Shown: piece after piece, positions 1 to 10,930 of the stretch
How positions within the stretch are numbered: the stretch's first letter is position 1
Layout of the letters: every line of letters begins with the position of its first letter
Assembly: GCA_001275005.1 (NCBI GenBank)
Contig: JWZX01003376.1
Span: 1 to 49,735, forward strand
Origin: Chrysochromulina tobinii
Lineage: Eukaryota
Direction of reading: 5' to 3'
DNA length: 49,735 nucleotides
Program-made: the position numbers and the translations under genes
Notes under the pieces: generated by a model
The model's database searches: none
What the model saw: only the letters and a program-made list of their open reading frames with translations
What the model was told of the DNA's origin: nothing

Positions 1-7
1 ACATCGA

Positions 8-105
8 AATACATGCAAGATACATGCAGGATACATGCAGGATACATTAGGATACGTATTGTATAGGAAACCACCCCCAATTTGTATATAGGAAACCCCC
101 CGTCA
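8..105. repeat. Short tandem repeats (GATACATGCAG)n and duplicated TATAGGAAACC; possible end of a repetitive element
   Basis: atacatgcaagatacatgcaggatacatgcaggatacatt, and tataggaaacc twice. Confidence 0.55.
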
Positions 106-945
106 CCCCCCCGAGCACCTCGGGGCTCTGGAAGGCCAACCCCAACCCGACTACAACCCGATCAACCGCCCAAGTGTGCCGAACCCTAGCCGAGCCGACC
201 CAGCACCCCGACTGAGATGAGTCGCTGAAGCACACTGGAGAGTCAGACACAGAAAGTGCGGGAAGAGGTTACGACCTCTTAAGTCATCTTGTTTCATGGA
301 CAGTGAGAGCCGCCCAGCGTTTCGTCACCGATTTCCACAGTTTCCTGTGGGGGGAATCCTGAGGAGGGAAGAGACTCAAGAGCGTGTCTAACGGTTGACA
401 TCCCATGTCGACCGCCTGTATGCTTCCATTGTATGAGGAGCCGGTGTGTGAATGGAACCGGCCGGTTGTGTATTTGTCGCAGGCTCCGCACCGCGTTGCA
501 CGCGGTCTGGCTCGCGTGATGTCGATTCGATCGTTTCACGCAGGGTTTCACGTATCACGGTTGCTTGCGTGCCGTCTCCTCAAGCTTAACAGTAACACTC
601 CTGGCACCGCGTCGTACAAAATTGATGTCGCGCGCGTCTCGTCCGCTCGCCGCGGTTCCGGCTTCCGCCCCGCCCCAGGGGATGACCCTCGAGGGTGCGC
701 GGCGCGGTGTAACGCTTTTTTGGCTATAGCTACTAGGGGGTAGGGGACCGTCCCTACGCGGGACCCTTAATACGATTGTATACACCGACGTAAATATTTA
801 CGATTGTTCCTCGATCTACACGGACCCGTCGTCTATTCTACGCGTCACGACGACGATGGCTCACGGCGCGTGACCGCTGTTCGGAAGCTGCTTCCTCTCT
901 CTACATGATTGTACGCTTAGTATGATTGGCTACCGATTGGATACT

Positions 946-3637
946 TCACGCCTCCACAGCCTTTTTGCTGAACGATCCGTCTTGGCTTTTTTCCGTTTTG
1001 CTGAACGATCCGTCTTGGTCCGTTGAAGGCTCCGTGCTGTTGCGGCGGGTGCGAGGCGATTCAGCAGTCTTTGAAGGCGACTTGACGCCGCCCCGGCGCT
1101 TGGCTTCGATTCGAGCAGCAAACTCCGCTTTTTCTTGAGCTGCTGCTTGCTTCTTCTCTTCGATAATTGCGAGCCTGGCCGCCTTGGCGGCCTCTTTGGC
1201 CTGCGCTTTCTCCTGCGCTTCCATCTCCTTGCGCTCTGCGCGCTCCCTTTGTGCCACCTCCTCGGCCTCCTGCAGCTTCTTCCACTCTGCCTGCCTGGTC
1301 TTGACCTGATCGGTTAGCTCCTTAATAGTCTCGCCATAGCGCTTGAGAGTGTGCTTCATGTCCTCCGTTTCGTTCTGAAGCCTCTTCAAAGCCACGCGGA
1401 CCTCCTCAGCTGTGATAGCACCATCATTGTCGGTGTCAAACGAGCTAAAAAGTTCGTCGATTTCAGTCGTCCTCACCCCCTCCACCCCTAATTTCAGGAC
1501 GCATGTGCGAAACTGCGGCGGCGGGACTCGTTGGCGCGCACGCTGTCAGAATACGAGGCGAGCGGAACGGTGGAGACATGCCGCGGGAGATAACGGCATC
1601 GCTCGTTCGAAATTCGTCGAGTCGGGGAGTTACCTCATCCTTGTCAAGTCGGCCGTCCCCGTTCACGTCCCACTGTTTGACAATGTCGCCGGGCTTGAGA
1701 CCTTTCTTCACGGCTATCGCACCAATTTGAACGCCCACACTCTTAGAGTTCGCCTTCTCAATTGCCTTCTTTGCACCCTCGAGCTCTCCAGTGAGAGATG
1801 CCAACGCTTCATACTCCTTCGCCTGCTTCCGCAGCGCTTCCACTTCAAGTAACATGTTGGCCTTGTCCACGGATGCAAGTGCCGCCTCGTTCTGAAGCCT
1901 CTTGAGCGCAATCTTGATCTCGCCAACGTCGAGTGCACCGGACTTGTCCAGGTCCAGATCGTTGAAGAGCGCGTCAACTTCCGAGATGACTAGCCCGGCG
2001 TGCAGTTCCGTGGGTAGGAGCTTGCGCACGTTCTGGCGGAACTCCATGGGGCTAATTTCTCCGTCTCCATTTGGGTCCCATTCGCGCATCAAGTCAGCAA
2101 CCACAACCTTTCTCTTCTGAAGAGCCTCGCCCATCTGCACTGTAAGTGGCTTCCTACCTCTGATTGCTTTTGTTTCCAAGTCCAACGCCTTCCCAAACAG
2201 TTCGTTTGCAACCTTCCTTATGGTACCCGACGGCAAGAGCTCATCCACCCTGGACTTTTTGCTTCCTTCATCTTTCTTAGTTTTGGAGGCCTGGTTCATC
2301 TTCATCACCGACTGACCTGCCGTTTTTTTCATCTTAAAGCTTCCTGTCGCTGGCGTTTCGACGGCCGACGATGGTACCCCTTCTCCGACGCCCGAAAACG
2401 TGATAGCGTCTGTTGGATTGGAAGCAGTGGGGCTCGTTAACGCCTTCTGGCTTCGATGGAATGAATCGGAGTTTCTACTCCCTGCTGGCGTTCGTCCCTG
2501 CGGACCTCCGCTTCCGCCAGATCGCTCGCTCTTAGGAGTCCTGCGGCTCGACGAAGACGCTTCATTGAATTCGTCTGACAGGCTGCCCCGAGGCGTGAGG
2601 CTCACACGAGGATCAATATCATCGTCCGCCTCTCGCCGCTGCGCCAATCGCCTATCGGTTAAGCCCGTCGAGAATGGCCTAGCGGGCTTTGGACGCTGAT
2701 GTTCTCCGACAAATGCCGACGCCGTGCGCGGCCGAAAGGGAATCGAGTCGGCGTGAGGCACGTTTGTCTCACGAATCAATCGGACGCCATCTTCGTTCCG
2801 GTTGGCAGTAATCCAGCCAATGGGCCCACACTTGGCATTCATGCCCCATGGGTTGCCCACAAGCATTACGCAGACGCGTAGCGTTCCCTCTAAAAGCTTC
2901 CTTGATTCGACGACATGCAGTTTCGTGCCTTCCTCAAGCTGTGTGACAAACTTGGAGGTCAGCTCAAATTTCTCACGCACCTTGGTTGGGGTTGCCACCT
3001 CGTATAGAGGACGCGCATAGATGTGAATATTGGCAATGCCATCTGCAGTCGTGGCCGTCAACCAGCCAAGAAGCTTACCATTCGACTCGAGCATAATGCA
3101 GGCACGCTCCGTGCCGTCAGGAAGCGAACGCGTTGACAGCACGCGCAATCGCTGAAACGGACGCAGGTGGGCCACAACGTCTGAGTCCAGCTCGTACGTC
3201 TTGTGCACGCTCATCTGGTAAGAAGCTCGACGTTTAGCCGTCCCCGCCCAAGGTTCGGCAACCTCCATGAGCGGCTGTGACTTGAGCCAGAGGTTTGCGA
3301 CCACATTACTCTTGGACGCAACCTTGTGCAGGCTCTCGGGCGGTGCGTCCTTCCATAAGGGCAGGAAGGGATTGTGAACTGGAGACGCCGTATCAATCGG
3401 AGCAGCAGATGTTTTGCTGGGCGATGATGGGTTGTGCAATTCGTGAGCATCCAGAGGCCATCTATGATTGCGGGTGCTCTTGGGGCTGATCAATGGCTGT
3501 GGCTCGCTGGGCCCAGCGGACGTGGCCGCAAATCTTGACGACAATCTTGACGTGGCCACGTCGTAGGGAGTCTGTAGCTCAATCTTGGGACGCGGTGTGG
3601 CAACCCAAGCCTGATTGCGCACTGACCACTGCGGCAT
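946..3637 (-). CDS. Multi-EF-hand Ca2+-binding protein with two N-terminal SH3b-like repeats and a C-terminal coiled coil; intron 1513-1633
   Basis: EF loops DPNGDGEISPMEF, DLDKSGALDVGEI, DVNGDGRLDKDE and DTDNDGAITAEEV. A phase-0 GT(1633)..CAG(1513) intron joins ORFs 1463-3682 and 946-1485 to give DKDE|FRTCVLKLGVEG. First ATG at 3637. Confidence 0.8.
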
Positions 3638-4021
3638 TCTAGAGGTTCCAATCCAGCGGCAGTCCACGACCAAGTACAGCACAGGGTACTTGAAGGAAGG
3701 CGCGTTCGTCCCCCTCGAGGGCGCGGTACAGAACAGTCCACCACTGAATGGTGTTTTGTGCGACGCGCGCGTGCGAACACGAGTTGAAGGAGAATTGGGT
3801 TTTGTGGGTGAGCCGTTTCACGGATAGGCAGCCGACACAACGCGTCCGGGTACAGTACCGGGTACAGTACCTGGTATAGTTTTGGTTCTGACGAGCCTCT
3901 TCCCCGACTATTTTACTCGTCGCTTAATAATTTACGTACGGAAGGAGCGCGGGAACCGAGAAGGCACCATTTCACGTTGAAAGGTCGTGGCGCACCTCCT
4001 CCCTGGCGAACCTTCGATTCC

Positions 4022-4300
4022 ATGGCTTCGGGCGGCCGCACCACTGTTTGGGCCCTTGTGCTGTCTACTGCTTCAGCAATGCAGCTTTTGCGAGCGCCGG
4101 TCCGCGCACTGCATCGCCCGACCACCCAGCAGTGGCGTGTCCCCGCTAGCCCAAGCCTCGGGCCGCCTCTTCCAACACCGCCTCAAGAAGAGGGGGACTC
4201 ACTCTACAACACCCCAAAGCTGGAATTTGATGCCTTCACGGTGCTCGCTATTCTCGGTGGTGCCATCGCCTTCAACTTCTTCGTCCTCGCAAATCTGTGA
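4022..4300 (+). CDS. Small protein (92 aa) with signal/transit-like N-terminus and one C-terminal TM helix; possibly plastid-targeted
   Basis: Hydrophobic leader (TVWALVLSTASA), an Arg/Pro-rich spacer and a terminal hydrophobic helix FTVLAILGGAIAFNFFVLANL. Confidence 0.55.
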   Translation: MASGGRTTVWALVLSTASAMQLLRAPVRALHRPTTQQWRVPASPSLGPPLPTPPQEEGDSLYNTPKLEFDAFTVLAILGGAIAFNFFVLANL

Positions 4301-4837
4301 GCGAGCCTCAACGAGCACGGCAGTGCATGTGCAGACGGACCAGTCCGTCCAGGCGTGATTTGTATGTCGTACTCAAGCCATGAGTAATAGCATGATACTT
4401 TTACATGATACTTTTCCCTGGGATGTCATGTGTAATACGGTGACGCGCACACTGCATACACGGAACGTTATTAAGTGTTTACATCAGGCGCACATACCGG
4501 AAGCCAGCACGCGGGGCAGTCACGCCACCAACGACACGCGCACGCCACCTCAGGTCAGTCCAACACTCAGTCCTCTCCACCCCCCCACCGCACTCCGAAC
4601 GCTCACGCGGCAGATGGGGCACGATACGTCAACGTGACACATGAAGAGGCGGCCGAAGAGCCCGCGGCAACCACCGAGGCCGGCACTGAAGGCGCAGGAA
4701 CCAGCCGGCCGAGACGCCCACGTGGACACCCTCGCCTCAACCTAACCGCCGCACTCCATGGTTGCGGCGCACTCACAGGCGAACGCGCCATCCCGTCGCG
4801 CGCATACGATACGGTGCCCAGAACCCACGGAAAGCGC

Positions 4838-5094
4838 TTAAATTCCAGAACTAAATCCACGGAACGCCACAGGCACCCACCTGTTCAGAAGCTGTTGGTG
4901 TGCATGGCTAATTCATCCACTGATGACCTGTCTCACTCGGGCAATCACGCCTCGCCCCAGAGCCTAAAATCCAGAACTAAACCCACGGAACGCCACAGGC
5001 ACCCACCCGTTCAGAAGCTGTTGGTGGCATGGCTAATGGCATGGCTGATTCCACTGATGACCTGTCTCGGGCAATCTCGCCTCGCCCCAGAGCC
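4838..5094. repeat. Imperfect tandem duplication, two copies of ~125-130 bp
   Basis: The block tccagaactaaa(t/c)ccacggaacgccacaggcacccacc...cgcctcgccccagagcc occurs twice in succession with small indels. Confidence 0.85.
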
Positions 5095-7079
5095 ACTATA
5101 TGACGTGCGATGTGCAAGCTGCTCGCCACCTGGTCATTGTCATGTGCGAGCGCCAGCAAGCGCTGCCCAAAGACGTGAGGCATGCAACGCGCCATTTGGA
5201 TTGTGGAAGGGCGAATCTGCTCCGCCGTCCTTGGTGGCGTCTCCTGAAGCCGCAACGCCTTGAGCAACGCGGGGATGCGCTCCACCCGCACAAGTAGCCC
5301 GGCGGCTCGCTGGGCATACGGGCACGGGCACGGCGTGATCTCGGATGTGATCTCGGAGCCATTCCGCGGGTGCTCTGACAGTCCTTCTGTGTGCCCGATG
5401 GCCGCCGGCCGCTCGGCGCCGCGCAGCGCCTGGAGCCACGCATCCGACTGGGTGTCGGTATTGGCACCTGCTTCCTCTGTATGAGCACCATGCCCCATGA
5501 GGCACGAGAGCTGCCGAAAGAGCTGAAGCCGTGCTTTGCGACGTAACGACGGCACGGGGTCGGCAGTCATGCCGATGCTGCCTCGCAGTGTGAGCAGAGT
5601 AACATCGGGCGTGCCGACGCGGGGGACCGGGTCGCTCCTCTTGCCCTTCTTCTCGCCGAGAGAGCCCGATGATGATGATGGTGATTGGATGGCCGCATTG
5701 ATGGCTGTGGAGTTGGTCTCTTCGCGCTTCATTCGGTCGATGAGCAGCAGCGCACTCCGAAGCAGCTCGGAGGTCGCATTCGGCACACTCTGAAGCAGCA
5801 GAAATGGGAGGGGCAGCACCAATGCGTATGCTGGGGCACCTGCCTGCAAGGTCCCATCGTCACGCAGGCCCACCGCTGCTAAGCGGAGCGCACGCTCAGT
5901 GGCCGAGTCGATGGTGACGTCGAGGACCTGCACGTGAGCAGGTAGTCCCAACCGCCCAGCCCCAGGCAGCAGCAGTGCTGAGGGACTGGAACTGCCGCCC
6001 GAGCGATGCCTTCGAGTACTGCGCTCGGCACGGCGCTCGTAGTTGTGCTCCAGCATGCTTGCGCTCGAGCCAGACGACATCGCCCCGAGCGCCTCAATGC
6101 AGTCGGTATCGTTCCCACCATCCGCACCGACGGAGTACACGTGCAGAGGCACCGTCGTCAGGGCGGTGCCGCGCAGCAGCATCCACGATCGCCTCCAATT
6201 GTTGAAGACAAACGCGCGAGCCGTGCGCTTGTACTTGGCATGTTCGAAATGTGCGCCGTCAGCGGGCTGTGTCAGCAGCGGCTGCGTGACGTAGGAGCCG
6301 CTCACATTGAACAGTATCTGGTCTGCGACGGGGTAGAGCTGAGAGGTCATGTCGATGGTAACATCGGCGCCGAGGCGCGGCCAGTTCGGCCAGAAGCGTC
6401 GAAGCAACGTGCTCGCGCCCTGCCGACTGACGGCGTAGGCGGCGGCCGACCAATAGGGGCGCACCCACGTCTGGTTGGCAATCACTTCGCGTCCAGGCGT
6501 GAAGGGCCAGGAGAGACCGCGCAATGAGTCGCGCAGCACGATGGGTGCAGGTGTGGTGCCACGTCCGCTGCGATTGGGGTGTGAGGCTCGAGCCTCCGCG
6601 CTCTTGAGGCGGCCATGGAGGTGGCGCAGGTACGGGATCTCGGCGATGATGGCCGCTTGGAGGACGTGCCAGTGGCGTGGCATGACGTCGAGGAGCGCAC
6701 GAAGCGCATCGTGCGGCGAGGAGAGCAGCATGGAGCATTCTGCATCCTCCTCAAAGATGGCAAATGCCAGCGATCCGGATTCGTATCCCGCTGCCATGGC
6801 GCGCAGATGCGATGACAGGATGGCGAGCTCGAGCTCGTGCACGGCAAATGTTGTCAGGTGAACGAACGGGTACCGGTACAAAAGGCGCGCTCCGGTGCTG
6901 AGCCGTGCGGATCCATTCGTCTCGATGCGAATCTCCGTGCGCCTCGTCGCCCGAATGCAATTCATCTTGGGCACAAGGACCTCGAGTTTTCGTCGGAGCG
7001 GCACGCAATGCCGCTCAGGGTCCATCATGATGACGTAGGATGGCACGTCGACGGCCGCGTGCGTCGAGACGGTCGGCAT
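4977..7079 (-). CDS. Glycosyltransferase family 25-like protein with a long C-terminal extension (3' end uncertain)
   Basis: GT25-like motifs ELAILSSHLRAM, FAIFEEDA, YWSAAAYAVSRQGASTLL and PVADQILF. Confidence 0.6.
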   Translation of the reverse strand: MPTVSTHAAVDVPSYVIMMDPERHCVPLRRKLEVLVPKMNCIRATRRTEIRIETNGSARLSTGARLLYRYPFVHLTTFAVHELELAILSSHLRAMAAGYESGSLAFAIFEEDAECSMLLSSPHDALRALLDVMPRHWHVLQAAIIAEIPYLRHLHGRLKSAEARASHPNRSGRGTTPAPIVLRDSLRGLSWPFTPGREVIANQTWVRPYWSAAAYAVSRQGASTLLRRFWPNWPRLGADVTIDMTSQLYPVADQILFNVSGSYVTQPLLTQPADGAHFEHAKYKRTARAFVFNNWRRSWMLLRGTALTTVPLHVYSVGADGGNDTDCIEALGAMSSGSSASMLEHNYERRAERSTRRHRSGGSSSPSALLLPGAGRLGLPAHVQVLDVTIDSATERALRLAAVGLRDDGTLQAGAPAYALVLPLPFLLLQSVPNATSELLRSALLLIDRMKREETNSTAINAAIQSPSSSSGSLGEKKGKRSDPVPRVGTPDVTLLTLRGSIGMTADPVPSLRRKARLQLFRQLSCLMGHGAHTEEAGANTDTQSDAWLQALRGAERPAAIGHTEGLSEHPRNGSEITSEITPCPCPYAQRAAGLLVRVERIPALLKALRLQETPPRTAEQIRPSTIQMARCMPHVFGQRLLALAHDNDQVASSLHIARHIVALGRGEIARDRSSVESAMPLAMPPTASERVGACGVPWV

Positions 7080-7379
7080 CGATCATGAACGCCGACGGCC
7101 GCCTCGCAGCCGCGAGCGGGCGAGGGTGACGTTGTGCGAAAGATAGATATTGGATATATCGCATGCAACAACATGCATGCGTACAAGATACGGTGCTCGC
7201 GATCTCTTGGACTTCTCATACTGCATTCCGTCGCCCCGAGGGCGTGCAAAAAGGCGCTGTTTCGGGCGAATTGCGCTGCTGCATGCAGGACACCGCGAAG
7301 CGATGCATCTCGTTCGGTTGCTTCCGGCGGACTCCGCCCGGCTCTTGCCCTCTGCCGGGAGCTCCGAGGGCGTGGAGCG

Positions 7380-8473
7380 ATGCGAGGTAGTCACAAATCC
7401 CTGGGCGGGCGAACCTGCGTTGCCGCGGTGATGTGTGCGGCACTATCCGCCGTAGCTGATTACGTGGTCGACCGTGATGTTGTACGTCAGCGGCCGGGCC
7501 ATTGGCGTTGCTCGCAGCATCACCTCGCAGCATCGCTGGACCAGGCACTGCAGACCAACTACTCTACGCTTGGGTGGTCGGCGGACCTCGTCGCGCCGCT
7601 CATGGCGGACATGAGGAAGTGCCAGGAGCTCGTGCTGGATCAGATCCTGCAGCGGTCGGATTATATGTCGCCACTAGTCACTGCGCTTACGGCAAGCTGC
7701 GCTCGACCTGCGCATGAGTTTCGACTGCTCGTCGTGAACATGGACGGCAGCCTCTTGGGCGACACAGGCATTGCGACGTTCGCTCCTGTGCTGAGTGCGT
7801 GCACAACCATCGAATCCTTGTCATGCGCTTAGGCAGCCGCCTCGGCGACCACGGCGCATTGGCGCTGGGCGCCGCACTGCAGTTGCACCCGAACCTGCGG
7901 GTGCTCGATCTCGGCGGCAATGCGATCGGTGATGAAGGCGCGGCGGGGCTCGGCGCCTCTGTGCTACGCAGCCGGGGCGATGGGACCTTGGTTTTGCCCC
8001 TGACGGATTTGCGCCTGCATGACAACCTGATCGGCGCCACTGGGGCCGTCGCGCTGGCTGATGAGCTCCGCAATTCTCCAGCTCGCCTCGAGAGCCTCAT
8101 GCTCGATGGGAATCCGGTGGGCGACATCGGCGTGATGGCGCTCGCACTCGCGCTGCGGGGATGGCCACATGGCACGCTGCGCCGCCTCGGCCTCGTCTCG
8201 ACCAATGTAAGCGACCTTGGGATTGACGCCTTGCTGACTGCTCTGCGCGAGGCGCGCAATCCGCCGCCTCTTGAGACGATCACTCTCGAGGGCAATCCTG
8301 GCGTATCCGAGGCGATGCTCCTCCGAGTGGAGGCGGCGCTCGTGCGGCCAACGGAGGCGAGCAGCAGCAGCAGCAGCAGCACGCGCGCGGACGACCACGT
8401 GCTGCGAATCGTGCCGCCGACAGGGCTTTTCCCGGTGCATGCAGCGCGTCCAGGACAGCCGAATTTCGTCTGA
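7380..8473 (+). CDS. RNI/NLRC3-type leucine-rich repeat protein; apparent frameshift near 7825
   Basis: Repeats LRVLDLGGNAIGDEGA, LRLHDNLIGATGA and LMLDGNPVGDIG. The upstream ORF ends with a similar repeat (SLLGDTGIATFA) in a different frame. The start is uncertain. Confidence 0.7.
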
Positions 8474-8538
8474 GCCTAGATATTTGTCATTGTCTCGGAC
8501 CGGTCGTCTGAGCCTAGATACGTAGTCTTAGCTAAAAT

Positions 8539-8877
8539 TCAGGAAATTTGTGTCCGCATCAATGTGGCAGGAAGCAACACACTCGCCGCATCCATAAATG
8601 TGCGTCGCTGCTGCTTCTTTACAGCCCCCACAACGACAACATCCATCCCAGCGCTCAGAACGCCGATGACATCACGTCCGCCTTCGTCGACGTGCTCCAG
8701 CTGCACGATGAGCTTCGCGCCGTTGGCAGCAATATCCAGTCGGCCGAGCGCAAGATCTAGCAGCACGCACTTGCCAGCAACACGGACCGTCCGGCCTACA
8801 AAGGCGGCAGGGTCGAAGATGACTGCCTGTACAGTCACGTCGTGGTCCACAGCGAGTGCCGTGGGAGCCACAGACAT
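8539..8877 (-). CDS. Small OB-fold protein, TEN1/RPA3-like
   Basis: 112 aa. The pattern GRTVRVAGK...GAKLIVQLEHV...GMDVVVVGAV resembles the TEN1 OB fold. ATG at 8877. Confidence 0.5.
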   Translation of the reverse strand: MSVAPTALAVDHDVTVQAVIFDPAAFVGRTVRVAGKCVLLDLALGRLDIAANGAKLIVQLEHVDEGGRDVIGVLSAGMDVVVVGAVKKQQRRTFMDAASVLLPATLMRTQIS

Positions 8878-8999
8878 TTTTCTTGAGAGGGTGTGAATAT
8901 GTGCGTCGAGGAGGCGAGTGACGGGGATGGTACATGTAGGAACCCCAACCCGAGTGTTGATCAACAGCCCATACTCTGCCAATTCACACTCCTGGTGAG

Positions 9000-10799
9000 A
9001 TGGCGTCCTTCTTCTTCACGTTGGCGCTCACCTCGGCATTCGTGGCGCAGCCTGCGCAGCAATCATGTTCGCCGCACTTGACGCGGCCAGTACCAAGTGC
9101 CGTCCGCAGTGCTGTGCTCGCGAGCGCCTCCTCTCCGACGCCCACGGCAGCAGAAGCTGACGAGGACCTCAAGTTCCCGCAGGAAGCCACCGCACTGGTG
9201 CAGGCGCAGCGCGGGCTCACGTTTGCGGCGAAGGCGGTGCCCATCGTGGCCTCGTACTTACGGCTCTTCCTCACGCTGCGGTTCCGCGAGCAGGTGCTGA
9301 AGGAGTGCCTCGATGAGGAGGAGTGCGAGATGATGTGGCAGGAGGAGCACGAACGTGGATCGACGACCTTTGCGGCCGTCATCAAGGAGCTCAAGGGCTT
9401 CTACACGAAAACGGGGCAGATTATCGCGACGCGGCAAGACCTCTTCCCGAAGCAGTACACGGACCGGCTCGCGGGACTCACTGACCTCGTCGACCCGATG
9501 CCGGTGTCGCTTGTCAAGGCCGTCATCGAGCAGGAGCTGCTCCACGACGACGAGAGCTTCGAGAGCGTCTTTGCCGAATTCGACCCAGAGCCGCTCGGTG
9601 CGGCCTCGGTCGCGCAAGTCCACCGGGCAGTCCTCACGCCAGCGTACGGCGGCGGAGAGGTTGCCGTCAAGGTCCAACGGCCTGCCATCGAGGCGAAGCT
9701 GCTCGGCGACGTGGCGGCGCTCAAGGCGCTCGCGAAGAGCGTACGCGGCATCGAGGCGATCCCGGTCGACTACTACACCGTCTTCTCGGAGCTCGAGGTG
9801 CAGCTCGGCGACGAGTTCGATTTCGTCAAAGAGGCGGCGGCCATGGAGCGCATCGGTCGTACTCTGAGCACGGACCCCATGACTGGCAGCCCCGTCACGC
9901 CGGTCGTCGTGACGCCGCGCCCGGTGGGCGGCCTCGTGACCAAGCGCGTGCTTGTTATGGACTTACTGCAGGGCGTGCCGCTTTCGCGCGCGGTGGAAGC
10001 CATGGAGAAGCGCGGTATCGACCCCGGCTCTCCAGAGGCTCAGCTGTTCGGCCGTCGACTGCTCGCCGCGCTCACGGAGGCGTTCGGGATCACCATCCTC
10101 TTTGGCGGCTTCTTCCACGCGGACCCGCACCCCGGGAACATCTTCGTGCTCGATGACGGCCGCATTGGGCTCATCGACTTCGGCCAGGTGAAGCAAATCG
10201 GGCAGCGTGCCTCCGCCACCCTCGCCAAAGTGATGGTAGCTCTCTCCGAACGGACTTCGGACACCGACCCGGCACAGCTCGATGAGATCTCGCGCCTCGC
10301 GCTCGAGCTCGGCGTGCGCTTGCGTGAGGGCGCACCGCGCGAGGGGCCCGCGGCCACGGCCATCTGGCTCTTTGATGGCTCTGTGAAGACCCTTCCCGGG
10401 GGCTTCGACACCAACGAGCTCTCTCCCGACTCGCCGGTCAAGGTGCTCAAGTCGTTTCCACAGGAGCTCACACTCGTTGGCCGTTCGACGGTGCTCATCA
10501 AGGGGATTGCCGCGCGCCTCAACGTCACGTGGTCGCTCGCCGATGAATGGGCGCCCATCGCGCGAGCCCTGCTAGCTTGCCAGGCGGCAGGCAAGCTCGC
10601 GCCGCTGGGGGCGCCGCCGCGCTTCATGAGCATCATGCGTCTGCTCGGGCAGTGGGCGGCTGCCAAGCTGAGCGCCCTCGTGCTGATTCTGCCTCCTCCT
10701 CTGCGCCGAGTGGTCGCTTCCGCGGCGCTGCGCGTTTCGAAGCTACGGCCGCCACCACCACGGCGGCGCTATCGTGAAGGGTATAGCGGGGGCGGTTGA
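9000..10799 (+). CDS. ABC1/ABC1K (UbiB-family) atypical kinase with a signal/plastid-type leader
   Basis: KGFYTKTGQ, PLGAASVAQVHRA, VAVKVQRP, FFHADPHPGN and LIDFGQ motifs. Confidence 0.93.
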   Translation: MASFFFTLALTSAFVAQPAQQSCSPHLTRPVPSAVRSAVLASASSPTPTAAEADEDLKFPQEATALVQAQRGLTFAAKAVPIVASYLRLFLTLRFREQVLKECLDEEECEMMWQEEHERGSTTFAAVIKELKGFYTKTGQIIATRQDLFPKQYTDRLAGLTDLVDPMPVSLVKAVIEQELLHDDESFESVFAEFDPEPLGAASVAQVHRAVLTPAYGGGEVAVKVQRPAIEAKLLGDVAALKALAKSVRGIEAIPVDYYTVFSELEVQLGDEFDFVKEAAAMERIGRTLSTDPMTGSPVTPVVVTPRPVGGLVTKRVLVMDLLQGVPLSRAVEAMEKRGIDPGSPEAQLFGRRLLAALTEAFGITILFGGFFHADPHPGNIFVLDDGRIGLIDFGQVKQIGQRASATLAKVMVALSERTSDTDPAQLDEISRLALELGVRLREGAPREGPAATAIWLFDGSVKTLPGGFDTNELSPDSPVKVLKSFPQELTLVGRSTVLIKGIAARLNVTWSLADEWAPIARALLACQAAGKLAPLGAPPRFMSIMRLLGQWAAAKLSALVLILPPPLRRVVASAALRVSKLRPPPPRRRYREGYSGGG

Positions 10800-10930
10800 T
10801 GTTTGTATAGAAGTGCTCAACATGACGCGCAAAACTTACAAGTCTGAGACCATGCCCGCGGACTTCGTGGGCGTCGCAGCTTAGCCCCTCAACTGCGGCG
10901 CTTATTGGGGTGAGCCTCTCGCCTTGCACG

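Noticed and set aside
250..900. Short ORFs or a possible transposon at the window start
   Set aside because: There are no transposase or RT motifs and no definable termini.
8466..8520. 17-bp direct repeat TCGTCTGAGCCTAGATA between convergent stops
   Set aside because: It is too short and isolated to assign a function; probably a local micro-duplication.
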